From NCBI GenBank assembly GCA_964016885.1, contig OZ024747.1, forward strand, positions 21,390,001-21,454,000: DNA of 64,000 bases, written 5' to 3'. Shown one piece after another: positions 1-11,342 of this stretch. The stretch is from Eledone cirrhosa. Its lineage: Eukaryota. Each line of letters opens with the position of its first letter. Position 1 is the first letter of the stretch. A program made the translations under genes and the position numbers. Below the pieces are notes generated by a model that was not told where the DNA came from, made no database searches, and saw only the letters and a program-made list of their open reading frames with translations.

Positions 1-184
1 TTAAAAACACAGCTCTGTTTGCGTTTAATCTTTACATATTTCCTTGTAACTCCTTGGAATGATATCTTTCTTATGTGAATTAATATTTTGAAACCGTCTA
101 AACTTTATAAACTGAATGAAATGATAGTAAACATGTGATCAGTTAATGTTTTTACTATCTAATTTCATTGCATATACTCTATCA

Positions 185-373
185 TAATTGTTTCTACTTT
201 AGGCACAAGGCCAGCAATTACCCAGTGCATTACTGGTACTTTATTTTATCGACCCCGTAAGGATGAAAGGCAAAGTCAACCTCGGCGGGATTTGAACTCA
301 GGTCGTAAAGGGACGTAACTATGCTGGAAAGCATGGCGTCCGACCCTCTACGGATACTGCCAATCCACTGCCC
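185..373 (-). mobile_element. tRNA-derived SINE, young family A (Octopus OR-type/MetaSINE-like), full length
   Basis: Minus strand has A-box-like TGGCAGTATCCGTAGAG, B-box GAGTTCAAATCC, central GCCTTTCATCCTTACGGGGTCGATAAAATAAAGTACC and tail GTAGAAACAATTAT. TSD CATATACTCTATCATAAT at 171-188 and 373-390. Family name is from recall. Confidence 0.9.
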
Positions 374-1479
374 ATATACTCTATCATAATGTGTTGTATC
401 TGGCCATAGAAAACCTACCAAATAAAGTGCTGGGATAATTCTTCAGCTGTGTCAGAGAATAATGGCAGTCTCTTTAGTGCTGGTGATGCAACAGAATGCA
501 TTCAATAGAGCACAGGAGTATATGTGGGCAAGATGCAGCCCAAATCCCACCCCCCACCCCTAGCCTTTCTGGGCACTCAGTGGAAAACAGGAACATATGT
601 AGGTAGGGTCAATAGATCGATCTGCTTAAGTGTTGACATAGTCTGTGGTGACTCGTCCAGCTCTGGGTCCGCGAGTGGCCAGTGTTTAGGCCCCCATTTG
701 CTCACACTAGTGAGAGATGGGGAGAGCAGGAGAGACGGAGGCAGAGACAATGGGAATTTGACAATGAGAGGTGGAGGCAGTGACAATGTTTGAACCTGGT
801 GTATATTTTTATATTTATTTACCACACCACATTAACTGTATGTTAAAGATAGAGGAAGTAATAAAACTATGATGATGATGAAGTTCGTTCTGTGGCTTGC
901 AATGTTGAAGAGATATTTTTTGTTTTTCATTCTGATGATTTTGTAATGATTTTGTGTGTGTTTGTAGTTAAGTGTGATAAATGTGTTCTGTTTTATGATT
1001 TTGTTTTTCAATGATGTATTCATTAATTCTGAACATTTGGTTCATGAAGTATATGTGAGGTTTGTGTGTTTTCACTTGATGTTGTATCTATTGAATCTGT
1101 GAAGATGAATTTGTTCTTGTATTTTTCTACAGCTGTGTCTATTAACCTATTCCTGTATCTGTTATTAACTATTAAATACAAACTTGCAAACCACAAAACA
1201 TACTTCTCTAAATGTTGTTGTTTAGACCCATTTAGTCAACATAAGATCAAAGACATTCCAGCTACAACCAGCCTTGTGGTTCTGTGTGTCTTCGATCACA
1301 TGGTCTAATATATCTTTCATCTTTTAAATAAGGTAAGGTATCGTTTGAGGGAAATTTTATTGTTCCTTCTAGCAGCTTGAACAAAGGCATAGACGCCCCA
1401 TCATTGGTTCATCTTCCATAAATGTTCATCACGTTTTCCAATCTTGATGTTATGTTCTGGTGAGAACTGACACAAATAA

Positions 1480-1698
1480 TGGTTTCTCATTTAGGCACAA
1501 GCCCAACAATTTTGTGGGGAGTGGAAAGTCGATTAAATCGGCCCCAATGCAGTAATGGTGCTTTATTTGATTGACCCTGTAAGGATGAAAGGCAAAACTA
1601 ACCTTGACAGGATTTGAAATCAGAATGTAAATGACTGTAACTCTATGTCGTGAAGTATGTTGTTTGACATTCTACTGATACTTCCCATCCACCACCCT
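1480..1698 (-). mobile_element. Older diverged copy of SINE family A
   Basis: GACCCTGTAAGGATGAAAGGCAAA core and GGATTTGAA B-box complement; flanked by direct repeat AACTGACACAAATAAT. Confidence 0.75.
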
Positions 1699-2376
1699 AA
1701 CTGACACAAATAATTGTTTCTACTTCTTTTTCTTTTTTTTTCTTTTTAATATGAATAAATTTGATACCAAACTGCTTGAAACCATTCCTGGTTCTGTGAT
1801 ACAAAACTGCTTGTTTTAAAGTTTATATTTTTCTAAAAACCTTCCTTCAAAAAGTTATATAGCTATCTTTGTTAAGTTGTTTTCCAAACACCAACTTAAG
1901 AATGAGAAAGTAAGTTATGTTACTAAATCCTTTCAAATTCTTGTTTGTTTTTAAAATGTTTTGAAAACCATAGGCAGTGTCTTTCATTAGAAATATGGTA
2001 AAGGGTTAAAGTAATGTCTAAGATTTTGCTACATACATTCCTTATATACTTTTGTTTCTTTGTTCCACAAACACCAAAAAAAGAACAAGGTCACTAAATT
2101 GCTTGCTAGATGAATATTCTACCAGCTAAATTTTACCGAATTTGCATTTGTAAAAATAATAATTTGAAATAGTAATGTACAATATATCAAGGAACCGATT
2201 AATTCCTTGCTTGCTTATTAAAATTATACCCTAAGGCTGAGGTGTTTGAGATCTGTATTTACTACTCATTTATTTATTTATTTACCTATTCAACCTTTTT
2301 GATATACCAATCTACCTGAAACCACCTCAATTAATATTGAAAATAATAAAAAAAAATAATAAAAAAAGGGAGAGTT

Positions 2377-2545
2377 AGAGAAATTTAATAAAATGACTAA
2401 CGTTTTTGTTATGAAGTTGATGTTTGGAGAGTAATTTAACAAAATGTTCTGACATAACAATATATTATGTCAGAACTTTTTGCTTAGTTACTCTCCAAAC
2501 ATCAACTTGAAAACGAAAATGTTAGCCATTTTATTAAATTTCTCT
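2377..2545. repeat. Imperfect fold-back inverted repeat (~80-bp arms)
   Basis: AGAAATTTAATAAAATG...GTTCTGACATAA is mirrored by TTATGTCAGAAC...CATTTTATTAAATTTCT, with several mismatches. Confidence 0.8.
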
Positions 2546-2881
2546 ATTTTTTTATTATTATTGTTATTGTTATTTTCAATATTAATTCAAACATATTGAC
2601 AGTGTATTTCTTTAGAAATGTGGTAACCAAAGGGTTAATATCACATTCTATGAACAATAGTATTGTTTCCAATTGGTCAGTCACTGGTTCACTGCATTTA
2701 CGATAATAAGAGCCAAAGTTATTGCCTAAGCATTCACATGAAACCTCACAACTAACATCACAAGAGACTTTGTTCAAAATCAGTGATTTACTGGGTGGAG
2801 ATGCCAATGCTTACATCATTCTCCAATAAGCATTACTGAAAGATATATTACACATACATATAAATATATATGTGTCTGTAT

Positions 2882-3067
2882 CAGGGCTCGATTTAACATT
2901 AAGCAAAATAAACATGTGTTTAGGGTATCAACGGATGTTGGGCACCATTTTATTCAAATCAAATGTATTTGTTATTTAAAAAAATGTTTTTTTTTGCAGA
3001 CTTTATATATAGGGGCACCATCATTTATTAAGTACTTAGGTGCTCAAAAGGAATAAATCCAGCTCTG
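2882..3067. mobile_element. MITE with short TIRs (hAT-like)
   Basis: CAGGGCTCGATTTA ... TAAATCCAGCTCTG imperfect terminal inverted repeats; no clear TSD. Confidence 0.5.
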
Positions 3068-3330
3068 GTATATGTGTGTGTGTGTGGGGGGGGGGGACAT
3101 GCATATGTGTGTGTGTATGTATGTTTGGCTTCTATACAGTTTCTGTTTAGCAAATTTGTCAACCAAAGGCTATAGTTAAAGATACTTGTCCCATATGCTA
3201 CACAGCAGGACTAAACACAGAACCATACTGTTTTAAAGCAAACTTCTTAACAATAGAGTTATGCCTGCAACCAGGGTTGTTTATGCTCTGCTTTCATATT
3301 AACTCTTTCATTACTATATACCTGTGTGAA

Positions 3331-3480
3331 GGTGTGTGGCTTAGTGGTTAGAGCATCAGATTCACAATTATGAGGTTGTGTGTTTGATTCCCGGACCGGA
3401 TGATGCATTGTATCCTTGAGCAAGATACTTTATTTCATGTTGCCCCAGTTCACTCATCTGTATAAATGAGTTACTGCATT
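3331..3480 (+). mobile_element. tRNA-derived SINE family B (CORE-like), partial
   Basis: TGGCTTAGTGGTTAGAGC A-box, B-box-like TTGATTCC, CCTTGAGCAAGATACTT...CAGTTCACTCA; homologous to 10201 and 39952. Confidence 0.75.
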
Positions 3481-4365
3481 ACTTGTGCACCCATAACATA
3501 GTCTTCAGGAAGATTCAGCATGAGACAATATTAAATTACAGGTAGAACTCACTTTTGTCAGCTGAGTAGGCTGAAGCAACAGCAAATAAAGCATCTTGCT
3601 CAAGGATACAACATGCCACCTGATCTGAGAATTAAACTCATGACCTTACGATCCTGAACTGAACACCCTAACCACTAAGCCTTCACAAATGTAAGTAGGA
3701 ACCCTATAAAATTGGTGGTTCTGTTTCATAAGAACAGAGGCAGTTTGGATTGATTGGAATGAAAAGAATTCTGGTAAAAATGTGTATCTGCAATACTATC
3801 ACTATGACAACTATACCACATGTTTCTGTTAGAATTTGCTCAGCAGCTTAGCTCTGCAGAGTTAATCTTCTCCACCATGTATAGCCTGAATTGATTCCAT
3901 GTCTACAAAAGAATTAACACAAAAATAAACAAAACAAATGAATGACCAGCAGCTATGATTTTGATATAAGCAATATTTTGTTATCTATTCCTAAACAAGT
4001 TTTCTTTCACTAATATCTAACATGTCACGACAACTTGTCTGAATTTGATGTATCACTGAGGATTAATTGGAAAATGAAAACAAATTATATATCAGCAGCT
4101 AATATAATATCATCATTGTTTTTACATCCAATTATCAATGATAAGCAACATATACTTTTCAGTGTGTTGGATGACATATTTTGAGAAGGTTTTTCTCTAC
4201 AGCTGGACACCTTTCCTTACATTGGTGCTTATTTTGTTTTCAATATATGGTATATACTACTCATCTTTGTCAACTACTATACAGGGGAAGTGTATAATTT
4301 ATGTTGGACATAAACAAATATGCAACCTTAAACATTCTTGATATGAAGAAGCATGTAGTAAACTG

Positions 4366-4407
<42 letters not shown>

Positions 4408-4639
4408 TCTTTAAATGGCAGCTGAATACTAAGAAAGTTGGCTATATTACAAATTTTTGATTGTTTTCAAAAGTTATTTGAAAATTATAGGCATTTCTTA
4501 GAAATTTGTCAACAAAAGTGCTAAGTGTGTATATTTATTTAAAAAGCTTCCATCATAATTTTATTTAAGAATATCGTAATGAAAGGGTTGGTTTAGTTCT
4601 CATACTGACCCATTGTAAAATAATGGGTCAAGGTTGAAC

Positions 4640-4835
4640 CTTTGAAATACAAGTACAATCGGTTGGCTAACTACATTTTCCAGCCTGTGGTGTTCGAGAC
4701 GTTTGGGGGAGTCTGGCAAGGTTCTTGTCTCCACTGGCAGCTCACCTAACTGAGGTAACTGGTGTTGCTTGTGAAGCCATCTGGCTGTTCCAGAGCATCA
4801 ACTGAGGTAATGTTGCGAGCATGCTCACTTGCCTC
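4640..4835 (+). pseudogene. Decayed C-terminus of a CRE/R2-group non-LTR retrotransposon (restriction-like endonuclease region)
   Basis: Hand translation gives LKYKYNRLANYIFQPVVFETFGG, then after a frameshift HLTEVTGVACEAIWLFQSIN*GNVASML. This matches the KxxKY..F.P...ET.G...WLFQRIS....RGNAAS pattern of CRE-clade elements. Confidence 0.6.
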
Positions 4836-5115
4836 AAAAATTATTAGAAAGGTGTCCAAGTGCTCCTAGCGATATTGTTATCTATTGCTCTGCAGTGGTT
4901 CATTTGTCCACCCCTTTCGCCTGCCTTTTGTTGTATGTGGTCCTAGTTGTGAAATTAGTAATTCATTTATCAATCCTGAAATGATAAAAAGTAAAGAGGG
5001 CCACCATAAAGGGACTTGAACTTGGAGTGCAGAAAGCTAGAACAAATATTATAAGACATTTTATCTGACACTTTAGCTACTCTGCCATTTTATCACCTTT
5101 CTACCATTTATAATA

Positions 5116-5303
5116 TAATTGTTTCTACTTTTGACACAAAGCCAGCAATTATCCCAGTGTATTACTGGTACTTTAGTTTATCAACTCCGTAAGGATGAAA
5201 GATAAAGTTAACCTCAGCAGGATATGAACTCAGACCGTAAAGGGACCGTAACTCTATGCTGCAACGCATGGTGTCCGACCCTCTACCGATACTGCCAATC
5301 CAC
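5116..5303 (-). mobile_element. SINE family A
   Basis: Highly similar to 185-373; TSD ACCATTTATAATATAAT on both sides. Confidence 0.9.
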
Positions 5304-5739
5304 CATTTATAATATAATATAAGGATGTGAAGACATCTATATATCTCTTATACAAAGGTACATAACACAATATAGCCAGGGGAATATTTGAGAAGATTTG
5401 AAGGATATTTACATTTGAAATATAGATGTAAGGATGTGTGTATAGGGAAATATAGTAGGTCAAATGTTGTTGTTGTTGTTGTTGTTTAGCCCAGGTTAGT
5501 TCTGACTAAGATGATCTGTGATTAAAAGTATTCCATTCATGACCATCCCATTGATTTTTAAGGCATTTTGTATTAGTACTTGGACTATATTATCCTAAGT
5601 CTCCTTTCTTTTTTAAAGATGACAGGATGTGATTTGAAGCAGATTCGGCTATTATTTCTACTAGATTGAGCAACCACATAGAGTCCTATCCATTTGTTTA
5701 TGGGTAGAAGAGTAGGCGTGGGAAAAAGATTAGGTGGGT

Positions 5740-6015
5740 GGATAATAAGGTAGGTGGGATGGGGAGTAGGTAGGTAGGTGTGTGGGTAGGTTGGTAGGTA
5801 GATAAATAGGCAGGCAGGTAAATAGATAGGTAGGTATGTATATAGCTGGGTAGGTAGAAGTGGTTAGATAGGTAGGTCTATGAATAGGTAAGTAGGTAAG
5901 TTGGTTGGTAGATAGGTAGGTGTGTTGGTATATTGGTAGGTGTGTTGGTAGATGTGTTGGTAGATAGATCTGTAGGTAGGTTGGTAGGTAGGTAAGTAGG
6001 TAGGCAGGTAGATAA
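5740..6015. repeat. Degenerate (TAGG)n microsatellite
   Basis: Repeated GTAGGTAG/GTTGGTAG units. Confidence 0.8.
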
Positions 6016-6929
6016 GGGTATGTGAAAAGAGTGAGATATGGAAGTAGATTGTTGCTGTCACTAATAATAAATATAGGTAGAATGAGCAGGAAGGAGATTA
6101 CCAGATGTGTTTTATTAGAGATCAGCTGTTTGGATAATGGGGGCCTTCTGAACCGACCCTCTTTTTAATATCGGTTTGGAAGGTAAGATATAGTGTAGCT
6201 GGTGTTGGTGGAGGTGGTGGTGTTAATGAAGGTGGCGGGTGTTAACGAGGGTGGTGGTGTTGATGGAGGTGGTGGTGTTAATGGTGGTGCTGGTTGAGGT
6301 GGAGCTGGTGTTGGTGGAGGTGGTGGTAGTGTTGGATGGTTGTTAGATAAGATGATCCATTTCTTCACTTTATGATTTAACCATTCCAGCTACAGAACAC
6401 TAATGAGAGCCCTCATCTGCCCCTCCTCCTCTTACCCTCTCCACCCCTTTGCTTTAAAAACATCTCCCCCACCCAGCAGTCATTTCAACCCCTTCAACAT
6501 CACCCTTGTACCTGAGAGTTGTGCCAAATGATTAAGAAGAGGAAATAGTAAGAAATATCATTTCACCTATTTACATAAGCTGCTCCCCATCTGCTCACGT
6601 CCCCCAACTTTTCACTATTGGCTTCCAACTCTGAAGTTTTTGTTTTTTCTGTTGGTGCCTTGTAATTACACACTGGGAAAGTCATTTTAACCATTTAAAA
6701 AACACACAAAATCTTTTATAATTTCTTTTCATTTATTTTGTAGTGTCAACATTTTTGTTGGCCCCTTTGCAGCCTGGTCATAATGGTCACCACTACCAAA
6801 ATCATCATCAACATCATCATTATTTTACATCTACTTTTCTCTGCTTGCATGGGTCTGATGGGGTCCTTTCCAGCCCAGCCTTCCTCTACTCATAGTATTC
6901 ATTTTTCATCTCCTTGGCAAGGTTCAGTG

Positions 6930-7240
6930 TTTCGAGATTCATTTAAACCCCTTCTGTCCAAGTTTTCCTTGGTCTTGCTCTACTACAGCTTCCTTCCTCT
7001 GACATCTCCTGACATTTCTTCACCCAATGTCCATCATCTGTATGCATCACATCTCCATACCAGCACAATCTGCTTTCTTGTAAACAATCTGCTTTCTTGT
7101 AAACTAGATCTGATTCCTCTTATACCCAACTTTTCTCTCAATACATTCAATGAAGCATACTCACTTCATTTCTCTCCATCTTCCATATATCTTCTGCATT
7201 GTCTTATCTGCTCATTTCACCCTATGATGCAACTAACATA
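6930..7240 (-). pseudogene. Decayed 3' end of RTE-clade LINE ORF2
   Basis: Minus translation LREKLGIRGI...ESRLCWYGDVMHTDDGHWVKKC...RARPRKTW resembles the RTE C-terminus (RL.W.GHV.R...GRP.KTW). Internal 20-bp duplication near 7066-7105. Confidence 0.65.
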
Positions 7241-7554
7241 ATTCCACCACAACTGCAATAACAGTGGAAATGTGTCAGTGCCCAGTATTTTTTTAATAAG
7301 TAAAATTAATCTTCCAAAGCAAAGATTAGCTTGTTCTTTATTTCCTAAACATATTACGTCAGCTATAAATTTTTCTTGATTTCTCAAAATTATCTTTTCT
7401 TCTCAGTCAGATGCACTAACAATTACCATTATGTTTTTTGTTTCTCTCTGTGGGAGTGGAGGGTTTAATAAATCAAGAGTTTATCATGTACAGTATTATT
7501 TACAACACCACACCCATCAACTTATATTATTTCTGTATATATGCTAGCTGAGAA

Positions 7555-7670
7555 AACAGACACCAAATGATGATGATGATGATACATATATATATATACA
7601 TATATATATGTATATATATATATAGTATATATATATATGTATATATATAGTATATATATATATATATATA

Positions 7671-7740
<70 letters not shown>

Positions 7741-7769
7741 CATCATCATCATCATTTGGTGTCTGTTTA
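7555..7769. repeat. Palindrome: unique+(ATG)n arms around a (TA)n core
   Basis: AACAGACACCAAATGATGATGATGATGATACAT ... ATGTATCATCATCATCATCATTTGGTGTCTGTT. Confidence 0.85.
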
Positions 7770-7833
7770 TATATGTATATGTATATGTGTGCATATATAA
7801 TTATATATATATATATATATATATAACAAAAGC

Positions 7834-7965
7834 AATGTGGTAAGGAACCAGGTGGACCATAACGCACCAAAGTACTCAATACTTAGGGTAGTAGAGTGGG
7901 TAATAGGAACGACTAGGACCCCGACGGCTGAGCTCAAGCCGTTTCGACGGCTAATTCTGGACTAA
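7834..7965 (-). mobile_element. Terminus of a (TA)n-associated short element (putative Penelope-like pLTR)
   Basis: 7834-7893 is identical to 17418-17477 and similar (inverted) to ~45870-45933; related motif at 11395 and 34497. Every copy lies at or near a microsatellite. Confidence 0.55.
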
Positions 7966-8771
7966 ATGAAAATTTATCCTGGTATTTGAATAGCCGAACT
8001 TCTCAAGGGGTAATTCCATATATGGTCAAAGTGATTGTCACAGGGATTGGTCAAAAAGTTATATATATATGTGTGTGTGTGTATATATATAAAGAGTGGT
8101 GTGCTCATGCACGGAGATGCTATAAAATAGCTTATAAAGTCAGTTTGTGGCTGAGTTGACAAAGTTGGAGGTGGAGAACGTGTCTTTAGTCCTTTTTTTT
8201 TTTGTAAATCAGTGATGGTATAATTTGAGGAATATTTTGTTGCTATTTTTACAGGTCAAGTGGTCAGGTAAAAGTTCTCTCATCACTTTACATGTGAATG
8301 TTGAGTTGATTCTGTTTTTAACTTTTTTTAATAAGTGTATATGTATAAATATGTCAGTGATTGAAAGGATGTTAAGGAGGTTTGGGGCTTGTTGGACAAG
8401 AGAAACGCCATCATTCACTATAACAGTGGTGATAATTGTCATTAGTATAAGAAGTTTATACGCAGTAGATACTTGGTAGGAAATATGTAGGAGAGTATTT
8501 CAGAATGGCTATCTCTAGTGATATTGGTGTGTGTAGTTATAATAGTAGTAATTGCTTGTAAAATAAATCTTTATTTTTTAATGAATGTGCATAGTACACA
8601 CACATATAAACACACATATGTATTTTTATACGTGTGTGTGTGTGTGTTTATGTTTTTATGGTATTTTTCAAAGAACCCAGGAATCAAGCCCACAACTTTA
8701 TGATCGTAAGACCTATTCCTGATGTATGAAACAGTTCTAGTCTTGTAGAAGTCATTTCTATATTAAATAAT

Positions 8772-8834
<63 letters not shown>

Positions 8835-9118
8835 AAATAACGAAACGAAATTAAATTTCGTTTCGCTTCTAACTCACTTTTGTATGACTGACGCTTAAAC
8901 AATTAAGTTAAAGTGTACATCTACATATGTATACGGAAGTATTAGTATGCATATAAATACACACATGTATACATATGTACATGTACTCAGCTTTTCACTA
9001 GACACTTTACAGTGAGTGTCAGCTAGTCTGTATGTAACCACACAGGCGGACCGGGTTTTAGAGTCATACGAGTTTTCAAGGAAACACATTTCCTCTATTC
9101 TCCAGAGGGCCAGACAGG

Positions 9119-9163
9119 AATATTGGACTAGTTTCGATGTTATTACATCTCATCAGCAATATT
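9119..9163 (-). ncRNA. Minimal type I hammerhead ribozyme, copy 1
   Basis: AAUAUUG-CUGAUGA-GAUGU(AAUA)ACAUC-GAA-ACUAGU-C-CAAUAUU: 7-bp stem I, intact core, 5-bp stem II, palindromic mini stem III, GUC cleavage triplet. Confidence 0.88.
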
Positions 9164-9587
9164 TACCCATCTTCCGGCTTCTCTGGAGAATTGTAAAAGC
9201 ACATATCGTTATATGCTTTCTCTATGAAAATTAGTAGTGGGTAGACTAATTTGCATAGAACGTGAGTCATTGTACGCACCGGTTCAGCGGAAACGATAAA
9301 AACAAATAACGAAACGAAATTAAATTTCGTTTCGCTTCTAACTCACTTTTGTATGACTGACGCTTAAACAATTAAGTTAAAGTGTACATCTACATATGTA
9401 TACGGAAGTATTAGTATGCATATAAATACACACATGTATACATATGTACATGTACTCAGCTTTTCACTAGACACTTTACAGTGAGTGTCAGCTAGTCTGT
9501 ATGTAACCACACAGGCGGACCGGGTTTTAGAGTCATACGAGTTTTCAAGGAAACACATTTCCTCTATTCTCCAGAGGGCCAGACAGG

Positions 9588-9632
9588 AATATTGGACTAG
9601 TTTCGATGTTATTACATCTCATCAGCAATATT
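9588..9632 (-). ncRNA. Minimal type I hammerhead ribozyme, copy 2
   Basis: Identical to 9119-9163, shifted 469 bp. Confidence 0.88.
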
Positions 9633-10200
9633 TACCCATCTTCCGGCTTCTCTGGAGAATTGTAAAAGCACATATCGTTATATGCTTTCTCTATGAAAAT
9701 TGCTGATGAGATGATGATGATGATAATCATCATCATCTCATCAGCAATGATGATGATGAAAATGAAATGATGATGATGATGATGATGATAAATGAATATA
9801 AAAGAGAGGTAAACACAAATATTAACATACATGTGTTCAAATTGAGTTTCTAACTCAATATATACCTCTTATATATATATATATATATATATGCACAGGG
9901 GAGAGTGGTTGGCTAAATTAATAAGGTACTTGACAAAAGATCTGCCAAGAGTTTGGCAAATGACATCATGTCAGTGCAATATATTGCTAATTACTAAAGA
10001 GACAAATAGTTTCTTCATGACTGTAGGAAGTGTTGGAGCAACTACTGCAAGCTAATACACTTGTCAAAATTCATAACACTGCCCTTGCTGCTGGTGTTAA
10101 CCCTTTCATTACCAAATTTCTGATAAAATACACAATATTTGAGTTAATAAAAATTTGAATTAATTCAATTATTAAGATGGTATTTATAACAGGATACAAA

Positions 10201-10538
10201 GTTGCATGGCTTAGTGGTTAGAGCATTGGACTTGCAATCGGAAGGCTGTGAGTTCAATTCTCACACGGAGTGGTGCCTTGTGTCCTTGAACAAGATACGT
10301 TATTTCATGTTGCTCCAGTTTACTCAGCTGTAGAAATGAGTTGCGATGTCACTGGTGCCAAGCTGTATTGGTCATTGCCATTCTCTTGGACAACATTAGA
10401 AGCATGGAGAGGGGGAGACTGGTATGTATGGGCAACTGTTGATCTTCCACAAACAAATTTGCCTGGATTTGTGCCTCGGAAGGAAACTTTCTACGTGCAA
10501 ACCCCATGGTCATTTGTGACCAAAGGGAGTCTTTACTA
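10201..10538 (+). mobile_element. SINE family B, near full length
   Basis: TGGCTTAGTGGTTAGAGC A-box, GAGTTCAATTC B-box, CCTTGAACAAG...CAGTTTACTCAGCTGTAGAAATGAG core, plus 3' region. Confidence 0.8.
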
Positions 10539-10934
10539 ATGAAAATTTGAATTATTTCAGATAAATGGTTTATTGACTGTCAAATTGACCAATTTCAACT
10601 TGACATAGCTGTTTTGTAGCTGCAATAAATAACTGTGTAACACAACTCATCCATATAAGTATATATATATATATACATATATACATATATAGAGTAGGCA
10701 GACCCTGAAAAACCTGGGATGACTTGATAAATTCTGACCTCACACACTTACACCTCTCCAAGACAATGTCACTCGAACGAGATCTTTGGCGCTACACAGT
10801 AATACAGAAGACCCGCCTTGCCTAAGTACAAAGTGAAACCTACAGTCAGTAGGCACCTCTTAACAAAAATACACACCCGTCACACTACCCCCACCCCATC
10901 CACACCACCCCTTTCGATGTAAAGTTATGTTGGT

Positions 10935-11342
10935 ACCACAACATCCAGTCCGAAATAAATGAGGTCGTGTAGGTGTCACGACAAAAAAACACACACAGTC
11001 CACGCTGTAATGTGGCCGTGTAGGTAACACGGTAAAAACCTTCCAGTCCACACTGTAAACGTGGTTGGTGTTAGGAAGGGCATCCAGCCATAGAAAACCC
11101 GCCAGACAGTCCTATACGAGCAAGACAACCAATCTTGCCTCAAGTGGGAAAACTCCCGTCCAAACCCATGCAAGCGTGGAAGATGGACGTTAAACGATGA
11201 TGATGATAATGATGATAATGATATATATATGAGCAAGACATTGTCAGCTGACCGGACACTGCCCACAACAGGACAACTCGTCTAACCAATGCTAGCGTGG
11301 AAGAATGGACGTAAAACGGTGATGATGATGATGATGATGATG
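10935..11342 (+). mobile_element. 3' portions of an RTE-associated SINE/LINE with (GAT)n tails, duplicated tail
   Basis: GGTTGGTGTTAGGAAGGGCATCCAGC...GCGTGGAAGATGGACGTTAAACGATGATG. The same motif recurs at ~26640, 31255, 34935, 40185, 47330 and in reverse elsewhere. Confidence 0.6.

Larger units (their letters stand above)
8831..9701 (-). mobile_element. Tandem 1.86-mer of a 469-bp hammerhead-bearing monomer (retrozyme / Penelope pseudo-LTR-like)
   Basis: 8831-9232 and 9300-9701 appear identical (period 469; duplicated ORFs in the track are also offset by 469). One hammerhead per copy; abuts a (CT)n(TA)n tract. Confidence 0.8.

Noticed and set aside
524-825. Overlapping 89-aa and 82-aa ORFs in a GC-richer patch
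   Set aside because: No recognisable domain or consistent splice structure.
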